From Eledone cirrhosa (Eukaryota): a stretch of DNA of 64,000 nt. The notes under the pieces were generated by a model. The model worked only from the letters and a program-made list of their open reading frames with translations. It was not told the DNA's origin and did not search any database. The DNA lies in NCBI GenBank assembly GCA_964016885.1, contig OZ024751.1, forward strand, positions 25,172,001-25,236,000, in the 5' to 3' direction. Each line of letters starts with the position of its first letter. The stretch's first letter is position 1. Shown in pieces: positions 28,241 through 42,951 of the stretch. The translations under genes and the position numbers were made by a program.

Positions 28241-28371
28241 CACGCTGGAGCATCGTTTTCATATTATTTATCAGTTTCAATCATTGGACTTTGCACACGC
28301 TGAAGCATCGTTTTCATATTATTTATTGGTATCAATCCTTTGACTTTTCTCACGCTGGAGCATCATTTTCC
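28241..28371. repeat. 55-bp tandem repeat, about 2.4 units
   Basis: cacgctg(g/a)agcatc at 28241, 28296 and 28351. Confidence 0.85.
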
Positions 28372-28679
28372 TAATACAATTAGGACTTATTGGCAATATT
28401 AATATTCTCATCACACGTTTTTAGATATTCTTGACACGTTTGTTCACTAAAGAAATAAATTCATATTTCTCCACTTCTCTTTCAGTTCTGAACTGTATGT
28501 ATTTAAATATTCATGAATGTACTTATTGATCTGTCTATTGTAACGTGTGGACATGACTGTCATTCAAGTATCTCGTTGTTTATATATATATCAAGGGCGG
28601 TGCCCCAGCATGGCTTCAGCCGGATGGCTGAAACAGGTAAAAAAAAAAAAAAGAGTATATATATATATATATATATATA

Positions 28680-29050
28680 TTATTCAAAATGTTAACAAAT
28701 GAAAAATATTCGCATAATCAAAATATATACTTTATTATATATATTTCAAAGGTACTGTGGTGTTTTTTCAGTACGTATTGACTGCCAATACGGGAATTGA
28801 ATAATCAAGACCGTAGCGGTATGTCATATATCAAATCATATATTTTGTCTGATGAGGACGTACTGAAAGAAACAGCACAGTACCTTTGAAATATATATAA
28901 TAAAGTATATATTTTGATAATGCGAATATTTTTCATTTTTTAACATTTTGAACAATATTAAAAACTCCATGAAAACTCTTTTGTTGAGTGCTTCTAATCT
29001 ATTGTAAAACTGTATTCGTTGAGTAATCAATGAACCATATTAACTTTTGG

Positions 29051-29052
<2 letters not shown>
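28680..29052 (+). mobile_element. Penelope-like pLTR remnant with inverted duplication
   Basis: Arms 28680-28776 and 28858-28958; related fragment at about 18885-19073 (-); bounded by (TA)n. Confidence 0.65.
28838..28910 (+). ncRNA. Minimal type-I hammerhead ribozyme, sense in TRPC intron
   Basis: atatattttgt-CTGATGA-g..gtactg/cagtac..t-GAAA-tatata-TA-ataaagtatat; 11-bp stem I with two G-U pairs. Confidence 0.72.
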
Positions 29053-29092
<40 letters not shown>

Positions 29093-29171
29093 TATTCCGG
29101 GTTGAATCGGAGGTAACCACAGTAAGTAAGGTACTCAATAATAGCAGAGTATAAAAGTTTTAATATAGATG

Positions 29172-29222
29172 AGATTCTACAGGACTAGAACTGTTTCATT
29201 CTTTAGAAATCATCAGGAATCT
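29172..29222 (-). ncRNA. Canonical-looking type-I hammerhead ribozyme
   Basis: agattc-CTGATGA-tttctaaagaat-GAAA-cag/ttctagtc/ctg-TA-gaatct; GUA triplet, perfect stems I and III. Confidence 0.82.
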
Positions 29223-29563
29223 GGTTTCCAAAAATAAATGTTGTGGTATTTAAATCTTTTCAGGTGGTAGGAGAGGGTGGGGAGTGGGATGGGTGGCGGT
29301 CATTGGTTGAAAGAAAAGGGAATTCATTAAAAGCTAATTCTTTAAGGCTATAATTTATATTTAGAGTGACAAAGGCAGAAAGAATTCTATAAACAAGATC
29401 AGATTGGGGTGCCACGCCTTATTTTTAAGTTTCTCTTAAGCTAACAATGCCTATATTTCAGGTGTCTATAAGTTGGTTGGGGGTCGGTCATGGTTGATAT
29501 ATATATCGAGGTACATACATACATGCATACACACATGTACACATATATGAACTTATATATGGA

Positions 29564-29646
<83 letters not shown>

Positions 29647-29858
29647 GTTTGTATGTAGACTGTCTGTATGTATGTATGTAGATATATCTACCTACAATCG
29701 ATATTCTTTCAAAGCCAGGCCTGTTTAGATGCTGAAGGTTAAGTGAACGAAGTCAATCTAATTATAGAATAAAAGATCTTTGTCACATCAAAGAACATAT
29801 GCCTACTTACTACTCATGTAATATATTTTATCTTTATATTGGTTGTCTGAAAAGACGA

Positions 29859-29936
29859 ATTGTATCATTGTATACTACATCGATTGATTTGATCCAGATT
29901 GTATCATTGTATACTACATCGATTGATTTGATCCAG
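29859..29936. repeat. Perfect 39-bp tandem duplication
   Basis: attgtatcattgtatactacatcgattgatttgatccag twice. Confidence 0.92.
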
Positions 29937-30071
29937 AATTGCATTTAAGTGAGAAGAGACGTTTACGCAATTTTTTTAATTAAACAAATCCTTATGTCTT
30001 TGTATGATAAACAACCTAAACTTATACTGAAATGCTGTATACAGAAACCAATATAATTGTGTCATTAAGTG

Positions 30072-30119
<48 letters not shown>

Positions 30120-30380
30120 ATAATAATAATAATATATTTTTAGGGCGGGTAAAATTCCCGAGATCCATGGACGAGTTCTCTCCAGCGGTCTCTGTCCCTC
30201 ATTATCGCTGCCATGTCCTGCGTCTCCAACAGACCAGTGTTTGTCCTTAGGGCATCAACATACGTTAACCTTGGTCTTCCTCTTCCAGTGTATCCATGTA
30301 GGGGCTCCCACAGGAGCACTGAGTGCAATGTCAACTCTGGATGTCGGTGAGCATGTGCAGCTAACCTCAGTCTCCTCTGT
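30120..30380 (-). mobile_element. RTE-clade LINE 3' end
   Basis: LLWEP..GRGRPRLTYVD..MRDRDRWR motif followed by an (ATT)n tail. Confidence 0.8.
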
Positions 30381-30387
30381 GTATGTA

Positions 30388-30700
30388 TGTAAATATATGG
30401 TCGGGTCGTCGGCGACTAAACCGGCAACTTCACCAAGTTCACTTGGTGAGGAGGGTGATTTTGGACACCCTGCAGGACAAAAAACTAAACCTGACAAAGG
30501 GCGGAAGAACTCATAAGAGTCCAAAAGTGTGTAAATATGTATATACACATTTACCGCGCGGTTAAACCACTGGGAGTAAAGGACCACTAGCATTTGTCAG
30601 GGCATTCTTCTAGGAGAAGGCAACTCAGGAAACTGGGATAACTCCGATATAAAACCTGCGGCTCTGTAGTTACCAATGATGTTGTTTTTTTCTTCTTTTC
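30388..30700 (+). mobile_element. RTE 5' UTR-like fragment
   Basis: ctaggagaaggcaactc..taaaacc resembles an RTE 5' UTR motif (recalled, not searched); its start is also present inverted near 42660-42693. Confidence 0.45.
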
Positions 30701-30923
30701 GGGTTATAGCTACTGTCGCTCAGAGAGTGGGTGAAGGCATCGCTCACCCACCCGAAAGGCTATTGCAAATATTCCCGTCGGTAGGGAAGAATGGACAGGC
30801 CTGACATACATATATATATATGTAGATTCCCTATTTTTGTCGAGGATGAGGAGGGTAACCACATTTAAAAAAGGTTCTCTATACATTGGTATAGTATAAG
30901 GATCTTTACTATATAGAGAAATT

Positions 30924-30971
30924 ACTCCCACAGGACTAGAACTGTTTCATTTGAATGAAATCATCAAGAAT
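30924..30971 (-). ncRNA. Degenerate hammerhead (family of 29172)
   Basis: ttgatga-tttcattcaaat-GAAA-cagttctagtcctg-TG; core C lost and non-cleavable GUG triplet. Confidence 0.6.
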
Positions 30972-31174
30972 GTTCTGATAATTTCATACGAATGAGACAG
31001 TGCTAGTTATGTAGATGACATTCCTCTTCCCCCTCTCTCTCTCTTTCTCTCTCTTTCTATTTATATATATGTGTGTGTGGGTGTATGTGTGTATGTGTGT
31101 GTGCGTGTGTGTACATGTATATATATATATTAGCCTACCTTTACCTAGGTTTCTCTCTCTTACTCTCTCTCTCT

Positions 31175-31225
<51 letters not shown>

Positions 31226-31761
31226 TATATACATATGCCTGTGTGAGTGTGTTTGTGAATGTGTCTGCGTGTTATAGATTTGTCCAATTTTATGTATGAT
31301 CATTGGTTGTTGATAAACCACAAAGACAAGATGATTTCATTAGCCCAGTTGGCGATTGCCACAAATACATCATCTATATATAAATTTGAGCTACTTCCGT
31401 CCGTCACACAATGTGTGAGTGTGCGTTTGTGTGAATGTATATGTATTTCTGTGAATGTATGTTTGTGTGTGTGTATTTTCGTAAATGTGTCTGAGCATTT
31501 ATATTTATATACTCATTCTTATAAATGTATGCATATATACACATACACACGCGCATACATATAAATGTATGCTTATATACACATACACACGCACATACAT
31601 ATGCGCATATGCACATACACACGCACATACATATGCGCATATGCGTTAGCGTGTTGAAAGAAATTTTAGTTTATATAGAAGTACCTTCTAAACCACGTGC
31701 GCAAACACACAAATACACAGACATATATACACATATATATAAAAGTATTTCTGTGAGTATC

Positions 31762-32125
31762 TATATGTTTGTGTGTACGACTTAATATTCATGATTGTCT
31801 CCCTTCGTGTCGTGGGTATGTTTGTATGGGTCTCTTCCTAAACGTTCATCTAGACTCAATATATTTGCTCTATTGTAGGTATATGTTTGTGTGTACGACT
31901 TAATATAAATGATTGTCTCCCCTCGTGTCGTGGATAATTCTCTATGAATCTCTTCCTAAACTTACATTTAGACTCAATATATTTGCTCTATTATATCGGC
32001 AGACTTGCTGTATTTAAGTGTGAATGTATATGATTGACTGTACGACATAATATACATGGTTGTCTCCCTTCGCGTCGTGGGTATGTCGCTATGGCTCTAT
32101 TCCTAAACATACATTTAATATATTT
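31762..32125. repeat. Tandem repeat of about 118 bp, three diverged units
   Basis: tgtacgac..ttgtctcc..gtcgtgg..ttcctaaac recurring. Confidence 0.85.
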
Positions 32126-32319
32126 CTTTATTAATTTAATATCAGTCGACTTGCAGAAGAAAAATAGAATCTGATTGATAGTAGAAATAGCACTAATATC
32201 TGAAATATGATAAAACTTACTAATTTTAGCTTCTAACTGATCATTTCCTGCTATTGTATTTATACAAAGATACCCTCAAGATACCGAAATTAGACTTACA
32301 TTGAAATATGTTCAGCATG

Positions 32320-32350
<31 letters not shown>

Positions 32351-32450
32351 CTTCTTCTTCTTCTTCTTCTTCTTCTTCTTCTTCTTCTTCTTCTTCTTCT
32401 TCTTCTTCTTCTTCTTCTTCTTCTTCTTCTTCTTCTTCTTCTTCTTCTTC

Positions 32451-32500
<50 letters not shown>
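32320..32500. repeat. (TTC)n(TTA)n microsatellite
   Basis: Direct reading. Confidence 0.97.
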
Positions 32501-32501
<1 letters not shown>

Positions 32502-33302
32502 TGTTCTTTGAGTCTCAGTCATTGATGTTAGTTAACTGGAAAGTTTGTTGAAATGAATATCAAGCCACTACCTGCAGCCTCAGATATTCAGGACGTATCA
32601 GAGGGTTCTTGCTGTTCCCAGCAAGCATGCCTTTTGAAGTGTTCCAAAAAGCGGGGCGGCACCAATTTTCTTTAACCATCCTTGGAAACTCTTTGAGATA
32701 GTACCTAGTGCGCCTATGACAATCGGGACCACTTTGACTTCATGGCAGTTCCAAATCCTTTTTACCACCCACTTTAAGTCCTGGTATCGGTTAATTTTCT
32801 CCCTCTCCTTCTCTTGCACTCTCGTGTCGAATGGGCAGGCTACATCCACAACCAGGCACGATCTTTTTTCCTTGTCCAAAACCACCAGGTCAGGTCTATT
32901 GTGCTCCAGTTTCTTGTCCGTCTGTATCCTAAAATCCAACAGCATCTTCACCTGATCGTTTTCTATCACCGACTCTGGCTTATGCTCATACCACTTCTCA
33001 GAATGTGGTAAATTGTTTACTTTGCATAGGTGCCAGTGGATCACGCTGCCCATCACATCATGTCTCCAGCCTTTATAGTGAGTCTGGGATAGGTGTTTAC
33101 ACTCGGATACAATGTGAGCCACAGTCTCCTCTCTCTCTCCACAGATCCTACACAGTGGGCTAGCCTCCTCCTTGTAAATATGGTGTTTCACCCATTTCGT
33201 TTTGAGGGCCTTCTCTTGCGCAGCCATTAGCATTACTTCTGTAGCCTCTTTAAGGTCTCCTCTTTTCAACCAGTTCCATGTCTGTGGATCTCTATACTCA
33301 GT
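32451..33302 (-). mobile_element. Second 5'-truncated copy of the same R4/Dong-type element
   Basis: 223-aa ORF with CCHC, RHD, RPD..D..EK..Y and PIVIGALG; 3' UTR nearly identical to the 7800-9060 copy; ends in (TAA)n followed by (GAA)n. Confidence 0.92.
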
Positions 33303-35474
33303 TTTTATATTCAGCTGAACTCTTGACGTGCACGTTGTTTACTGTTTCAGGGTCGAAAATGTCCATATTTTCTTTTTTATGGAGAAGCGATTAAAAAAAA
33401 AAAAAAAAAATTTGAATATTCGGGTTTAAAGCCCGAATATTGAGAGATTTCCCCTCCTTGAAACCAAGGTGGGTACCTTATGCTTCGTTATCGACAAGAA
33501 AATGCAAAAAATGATACTTTAATAATAATAATAATGTATTTTATGTTTATTTCAAGATGGCTTCTTAGTCATATGACTCGGATAACTTAAAACAAAACTG
33601 AAATAAACATTTGAAAAAATGAAATAAACTTAGAAGAAAAAAATTTTTTTTTTCCTTTTAATTCATAAAAGTAACTTATTTAACATATTCGTTGGCATTT
33701 CATTTTATATATTTCAATTGAATATAGAAATTATTGAAACGTTATCTATAAAGATTAATACACCATTATTTGTGTGTTGTTGACGTCACTACTTCTGAAT
33801 TTGCTCTGTAGAAATAAAGTTCAGAGGTCAAGCTGAAGTTCATATACTCAGTCATACCTTCTTATCTGAAGCCATCTTGCACACTCGGACATTCGATCAA
33901 ATATATTTTGATAGCAACACAAAATTTGTTTAGCCTACAATATAAAACTCCAAATTGAAGCAATCATTTTAAAAAGAAAGAATAACTAACTTGTTTTAAT
34001 TATATTTTATTCTATGTAAAAATATATCATGTAAATACAATTTAATAGAAAAAGAAGAAAAAAATTAATTGAGAAGAAAAATGGAATGTAAAAAAAGAAA
34101 ATACAAAAAAGCGGAAAAGTAAGGGGATGGCAATGGTTCTGGGGTCAAAGAAGAACGGAGAGGGGAGGGTGTGGGTGATCGGGTTCTTGACCTATGGCGC
34201 GGTAGTAATGGGGCTGTGACCCGCGGGCAAAACCGCAAAAGCATTCCCGTAGGCTAGCATTTTGCTCGAATTAAAATAGTGTGGATATGGAACATGCGGC
34301 TCATTTTTTGGGGGTTAAATGAATGAAAGCAATATTTCTCTTAACGTCCTTTTCCACACGAAATCGCATTATATATTGTATGAGAGAACAATTCAACCTC
34401 CTCCCGCTGTAATTCTTTCCTTCGTTTTATTAACTTCCATAGAAGTTAATGTTAAACTTATACAAATCATCGACGTACCCACGTACTTTTATATAACTCT
34501 TTATAGTAATACAGTGTGCAGGGGAGCAATTGCCCGCGTAAGATGAGGACCCACTTATTTATAGATAGATAGGATAGAATAATGGGAAATATATCATTTT
34601 CTATATAGATAATTTCCAGCTGATTAGATTGGAGTGAAATAAAGTGTCTGCCTCAAAGAGAAAATGAATCATTCGGTTCAAGAAACGAACTCATGACCTT
34701 ACGGTCGAAAGACAAGCACCCTAACCACTAAGATACACATTTTCATTGTGTGCTTTAGTTCATTAAATTTACTGATTTTTAGTTAATAATTAGAAGCAGT
34801 TGGGAAATATAGAACACATTTGTGTTGGATCACAGCTGAGTTGGAAATGAAAGAAAAATATTAGGGATGGGACTGGGATAGGTTTAATAATTATGTGAAA
34901 ATATTGGAAATTATTATTACAAAATGGTCAGCATGTGGGGATTCATTTAACTATAATAGATGCTGCTAATAACGTTACGACGTCATGAATAAAAACGCAA
35001 ACATCCAGAAGTATTGATTATGTTTAGAGAAGTAAATTAGCTTCAAATGAGGGCAGCAAAAAGTTATGCAACAAAATTCAGCTTGGTTTGGTAAAGAAAA
35101 TTTAGTTAATTATTTTTCATAATAAAACCATTTTAAGCAACTGGTATAGCATTCAACCCATTTATTATGAAACTGTGGGTTTATATCTATTTTCTTTCAA
35201 TCAACCAGGTTGTCATATGTCCATATACCACAATCTTCCGTGTATACTGTGTAGTTTTGGGGGTGAGTGGTATACAACATAACTAAATGTTATACACCAA
35301 GGCTAGGCTTTTCTAGACATTGTTCTGGTCAAAAATGAGTGCGCGTTATACACGAATGTGTGCAATACACAGGGGAATACAGCAGATCGTAGGTCACACT
35401 GGATGGACTAGACTATCAGCTGTCCTTATACATCGTCAGTGACATTAGATCTACCAGAATATTAGATCTCCGTA

Positions 35475-35600
35475 TACGAGGGAGTGCTGAAATGTTCCTG
35501 GGTTGAAGGCGCAACATTCCGAGTTCATTTTACAGGGCTTAGAAAAACTGAAGGTCAGATGCAGTAAGTGTGTGAATATATTGAAGAAAATGTGTGTGAG
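35475..35600 (+). mobile_element. Internally deleted mariner-like remnant
   Basis: ta-cgagggagtgctgaaa TIR-like start followed by FILQGLEKLKVRCSKCV, resembling a mariner transposase C-terminus. Confidence 0.5.
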
Positions 35601-35712
35601 TGTATCTACATGTGTGTGTGTGTGTGTGTGTGTGCTTCTACGTATGTGTGAGGGTGAATGTGTATATTTTTATATCTGGGTATATATATATATATATATG
35701 TAAATATATATT

Positions 35713-35803
<91 letters not shown>

Positions 35804-35909
35804 GTATGTATATGTTTAAGCTCATAACACATACACACATACATATACAGACACACAGACAGACATACACACACACACACACAAAACACACAGACAGACA
35901 CACATACAC

Positions 35910-36034
<125 letters not shown>

Positions 36035-37206
36035 TCATTTTCCTCATAAATATACAATTCTAAATATTTGAAGGTCAGCTCCGCATTATTTTTCAATTGT
36101 TTACGATGGAGTTCACCAGATATACGCAATTCTAAATATATTTATTATGCTGAACTGACTTGAATCAATACTACTGCTTGTCAAACAAAAAATATATATT
36201 TTTCCAAAATAGCACTTTAACTATTTCTGAGAATAGGTAATGAATAAATATGCTTTAAAATCATTATCTTGTCAAAATGAATAGTTCTATAGTAATAAAT
36301 TTTAATGTTTTACAAATTTAATGTCTTCTAAATTGCAATGTAGTGTAGTATTAAGAAATTTATTTCCGTTTCTGTTGTGGTAGCGGAGTGGCAGAATCTG
36401 CGGAGCATCCATCAGTATTTTTTGTGGCATTTATTGACGGCTCTTTACACTGAGTTCAAATCTGGCCGAGGACAGTTTTGCCTGTCACCCACCGCAGAGT
36501 TGATACAATAAACTACAAATGAAACACTGGAGTCAATTGAAAATGTTTTTAATTAAACATACAGTATATTATCAAATATACTATGCGTACATTCATACAG
36601 ACATCGCTATTTCAGAGCACCAATAATTTTTGCTGGAGCGGTAACCGCTCTGTTTAATCAGCTCTTAAACATTACTGGAATTCTATAAGAATCCAGCTTC
36701 TATAACTCTCGGCAGAAGCGAAGGGATATGTAATCTTGACAACCACTAACGAGCGAGAAACGCCCGTCGATTACTTCCCTCTGCTTTTGCCGAAACCAAG
36801 TAAGTGACGTACTCACTATTCATAGCGAATCATCTTCAAAATGTTTTAAAATATACATACAGTATTTTATCAAATATACTATACGTACATTCATATATAC
36901 ATCTCTATTTCAGAGGGAGTTGTATCCTTAGTATGGCTACTACTACCACCCCACCGGTTTGGTCTGGGGTTTGTATACCTACTATGCATACTACTACCAC
37001 CATGCCATTCACTGCTATTTGGACACATGTTAGTAGTAAAGGTGATCAGATTACAGAAAAATATGTTCAGTTGGGGTCAGCCTAAAGTTCTATAAAAAAT
37101 ATAGTGGACAGGGGATAAATTCAGAACTAGAACCTAAAATGTTTTAAGGAAATTTTCAAGTTATATATATATATATGTATATATATATAACTTTAAAATT
37201 TCCTTA

Positions 37207-37359
<153 letters not shown>

Positions 37360-37553
37360 GTCAAGGCCGTAGAAGAGATGGCTAGGAGGGCGAGAAGGTT
37401 GAGTAATGTAAGCTATACAGCAGTCACTACACTTCAGTGGTTACTCTACCGTAGCTCTGTTTCTTGACCGCTGTGTCACGTGATGGACTCCCCCTCCGCC
37501 TTTCGGGATTCTATCTCGCATCCTACGGACGTGTTTTGAAACTCTAAATGAGG

Positions 37554-37650
37554 TATCCTCTTGATAAGTCGGCAAACCTCACACAAATACTGCATCTCTG
37601 TGATGTAGTGTTTTTGCATAATATGCCACGAAACTACGTAGTCGAGGATA
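37554..37650 (+). ncRNA. Degenerate hammerhead with long stem II
   Basis: tatcctc-ttgataa-62-nt structured insert-GAAA-ctacgtag-TC-gaggata; perfect 7-bp stem I, two transitions in the core. Confidence 0.7.
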
Positions 37651-37881
37651 GTGAGGAAATTTAGGTATGGTTTATCTTATTAATTATGTCTAATAATTCT
37701 TATTTCTTTATAATGTATTATATAGCTCTGATATTGAATCAATCTAATCCATTCGGATTATTTTGTCCCGATTATTCATAGAGCAACAACGGTTAAGGTT
37801 GGCACCACACAAATTCAGGGATATATGTGGGTATATTCATGTATATGTATGTATTCGCATATGTCTGTGCATTTCTTTATA

Positions 37882-37936
<55 letters not shown>

Positions 37937-38286
37937 AAATAATTCGCTAAACTTGAAAGTAAAAGAAAAACAAAACAAAAATCATTTTCTTTTTTTTTCA
38001 GTGTCTTACTATGTGAGAAGCTAATCAACGCCCATCATGTTCTTTAGTAATATATTACAGTTACATTTATTGTTTCGATAAACAGACACGATTCTCATAA
38101 ATTCAGAAAAGGTTATTGTAAACTCAACTGTGCTATATCACCTTTCCGGCAATTTAATTATTTGAATCAAATAAAGTAATGGGTATATATATATATATAT
38201 ATAATTGTTGTTGGATGCTAAAGCGTCGGTATGCGGTTGGCCGTATGAGCACTCGATGCTCTAATAGAGCAGAGTATGATAGCACA

Positions 38287-38334
<48 letters not shown>

Positions 38335-38397
38335 CACACATATATATATGTGTGTGTACATATATAGATATATATAAGCACACATACACACTCACGT

Positions 38398-38448
<51 letters not shown>

Positions 38449-39508
38449 TATAAAAACTAGTATATTATTAATTACTATTTTCAATTGTCAATTAAATATA
38501 CAATGATTTGCCACATCTCTGTGGAATACATATATCAAACAGATTGTGAATAATGATTCTATTTCATGTAAATATAGAATCAATCTGTTATTCCTGTAGA
38601 CAATAGAATAATGCACCCTATTCTCTTCTTGTCAGATAGTCTCAATCACAGGCTCTACACGAGTGAAAATCACTTGAAATATCATTTATTTAAATCGATA
38701 AAACTCAATTTAATCTATTTCGGATTTGTTTAAAGAAACCTATATTAAAAGTCAGTGCTATGCACTGCTTCCATAACACCGAACGTAGTCAAAGGGAGAT
38801 CTTCCTAATATCCGGATTTCATTGGGCATATAGAACCTGGTGGCAGCTAATCCTTTCCTGGTGGGACCTCAGTATATTTCTTAGAGAGAGAGTGGGATCC
38901 TATACAGATTTTAGAGACTAGGCGGCATTTTCTACATGGCGTGTGCTAACTGCCTACTTTGGAGTCCTACATTTTACATCTGGCTTACATCTGGTTTGTA
39001 TCTATTACCAACGATACACAAGCCTGGCTGCTAACAGAATATTTACTAACTACACTACTGTTAGTCTAATCCTTATTAAATATGAATTAATATTCAGGAT
39101 ATTCTTTGAAACGGTATATATTATGGTTGCTAATAGTAATAATAGCGTGTAGCAAATTACAAAATCTCACTGAAGATGTGACATTCTAAGATAATATCTA
39201 ACAGAAGAAGTAGAGAGAAACATTTTAAATGGGAATTTTCTTGATAAATAATGCAGCTGAAAAGGATTTATTCGGAGGCAATGCTAAAAGTTAATCTATA
39301 AGTTCTCCTTCCATCTAGCCGACATCCTCATCACTTTCTATAAAGTCTTCTCTGAGATGTGAAAAGAAAGATGGCTGAATTGAATATTATCACATATAAT
39401 GGATGATATTAAATTGTAACTATTTTTAGTATATTCCATAACTATTGCATATTGATTATATTTAGAGAAGATTTAGTAAAGTTAACCATTTTGTAGGTAT
39501 ATTAAATG

Positions 39509-39559
<51 letters not shown>

Positions 39560-39939
39560 GTATTGTGTGTGTATGTGTGTGCGTACGTGTGTGTGTATAT
39601 ATGTGTGTGTGTATGTGTGTGTATGTGTGTGTGTGTGTGAACATTCATGTAGATGCATGTATGTTATGAGAAAAGGTGTTCTTTGTGAACGGCACTTTGA
39701 TATATAGTAAGGTAAACAGCTGCTTGTGACATTGCTACAAGCATTGATTCGTCATTGCTATAGAAACTCCCCTTATCTACATCCCCCACCTCACCAATGG
39801 ACGCAAATGTTCTACGCCCTCAGTATTTCTGATATTAGGAATCTCCATATCATCCAGTGAAATATATTAGATACATTCTGGATCAAAATGACATTTCTGA
39901 TCTTAACGCACCAGTAAATTATCACTGGGATTCTCTCTC

Positions 39940-40645
<706 letters not shown>

Positions 40646-41666
40646 ACATTAAGTACACATTTAACTTCAGTATCTTTTTTTTTTGCTTTATTCAATACCA
40701 GCGCAGTTGCTGGTGGTAGTGGTGGGGAATTGTTATAAAGTTGCGCAAAAAACAAAAAGCAAACAAACAAACAAAGAAAAACCTTTGCATTTTACTTTCC
40801 GGCGTTTTACATTCTGATTTTTGCCTGTGTTCATATGTCTATCACCCCCACCCTTTCCTTGACATCATAGCTGAGGGAATGATACATATGCCATGTGCAG
40901 CCACTGGTCTCTATTAAAATATAACATGTGCTGGCCTGCGCTCTGGAGAGGAACTTTCCACATGTAGATACATGGTCTGTCCTTACCAAAGAAATATGCA
41001 CTAACATGACCGTTGAGAAGAAGGAATGGCCTTATTCTTAGAACACAAACCTGTTCGGTTGCTTACAGCATAGTGGTCCCTGCTAAAAACATACAAAAAA
41101 GCCAAGTGCAGTTGTTAAACTGAGTAAAGGATTAAGTCTAACACATACGAGGGAGGATAATATCTCTCACTGATGTTTTTACATAATTTCAGTCAAGCAA
41201 ATTTCAATCACAAGATTCAATGGAAGATAGCTAAGAGTTTTCTGAACAGCACCATCCAATCGAAACGCGCTTCTTAACTACAAAATCTATAGAAGCTCTT
41301 ATATCATTTCATAACTTTATAGCAAAGCTGTACGCCCGAATAATTTCATATCGTGTAGAGATTGTCAGTCAGCTGCCATTTTCTAAACGCTTTCCGTCTT
41401 GGTGTCAGTTTCCAATTAAGAAAAAAATAAATTTTCTATTGAATATTTGATAAGTAATATCAGTTCATGTTATGTAATGAGAAAAAAAACGAACATCTTA
41501 GAATTAAAAGTTTTTATCTACACGAATATTCATAATCCTATAAAATATCAATTTCTACTTCAGCCGAATTTTAAGAAATTATTTCAAAATCTACCAGATC
41601 TACAAATGTTAAGTGGTCACATCTATGGTGTGGTTTTATCTAGGAAATATAATTTTTAATTGGTGT

Positions 41667-41729
<63 letters not shown>

Positions 41730-41741
41730 TAGGTAGGTAGG

Positions 41742-41776
<35 letters not shown>

Positions 41777-42011
41777 GAAAGGCAGTGAGTTAGAGAGGTA
41801 GGTAGGCAATCTGTTAAAGGAGATATATTTTATTGGTATAAAGTGTTATGAAAATATTTAAAGATTTTATAAGGAGAAACCAGTGGTAAATAACTATAAA
41901 TAATTATAACGGTAAATAAATCAAGAAAATTAAACAATTATATAGAATTATGAAAAGTACAAAAGATTACGAAACATGAATAATTCGAATTTTAATGTAA
42001 TTAGTTAAATG

Positions 42012-42135
42012 TCTTCTTCTTCTTCTTCTTCTTCTTCTTCTTCTTCTTCTTCTTCTTCTTCTTCTTCTTCTTCTTCTTCTTCTTCTTCTTCTTCTTCTTC
42101 TTCTTCTTCTTCTTCTTCTTCTTCTTCTTCTTCTT
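42012..42135. repeat. (TTC)n microsatellite
   Basis: Direct reading. Confidence 0.97.
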
Positions 42136-42377
42136 GGTCTCCTGCCAATTAAAGAATAAGTAACTGGTTGACAAAACGTTTCGTGTGTATGGACTTATAT
42201 TTCGAAACAAAATGAATGGTGTGATTTATCACGTGCTTAACTGACAAATCTTTCTCCAATAATTCTTTACACCAATAATATTTATCCCATTTAAGATAGG
42301 TGTATGCTTCCAAATTTATCTATTTCCCATTCAAGAAATACAGTGCAGGATTCCTAATAGCAGTGCGAAGATACTTA

Positions 42378-42405
42378 GATGGATAGATAGATATATAGAT
42401 AGATG

Positions 42406-42456
<51 letters not shown>

Positions 42457-42469
42457 GGATAGTTGGAAG

Positions 42470-42552
<83 letters not shown>

Positions 42553-42585
42553 GGATGGATGGATGGATAGTTGGAAGGATAGATA
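42378..42585. repeat. (GATA)n/(GATG)n microsatellite
   Basis: Direct reading; a LINE-like 3' end (cccctgtggcaaataaag on the minus strand) abuts it at about 42603-42620. Confidence 0.95.
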
Positions 42586-42760
42586 CATAATTAGATATCT
42601 TTCTTTATTTGCCACAGGGGCGTACAAATATCACCCTTCTCAGCATTCAAGCTTGGTGGGGTTGCCGGTTTAGTCACCAACGACCCGACCATGATACAGC
42701 TTTTACAGGGTTACATGTTACCATTAGCACTCGAGAGCGACCTGGCATATATATATATGT

Positions 42761-42806
<46 letters not shown>

Positions 42807-42951
42807 AGGGTTGACGGACCCAGCATATTTATCAATGCCAGTACCGGTTGTATCTCCGCACACTCAATGGGCAATGTAAGATACATTACCAGAGTATACA
42901 CATAGTTATTTGCCTCAACACAACGCACGTAAAACGGGTGCCTATAAGGTT

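Noticed and set aside
28187-28303. Hydrophobic C-terminal tail of the 435-aa ORF
   Set aside because: Read-through past a good donor site into the intron and a 55-bp tandem repeat; TRPC homology resumes in frame at 54607
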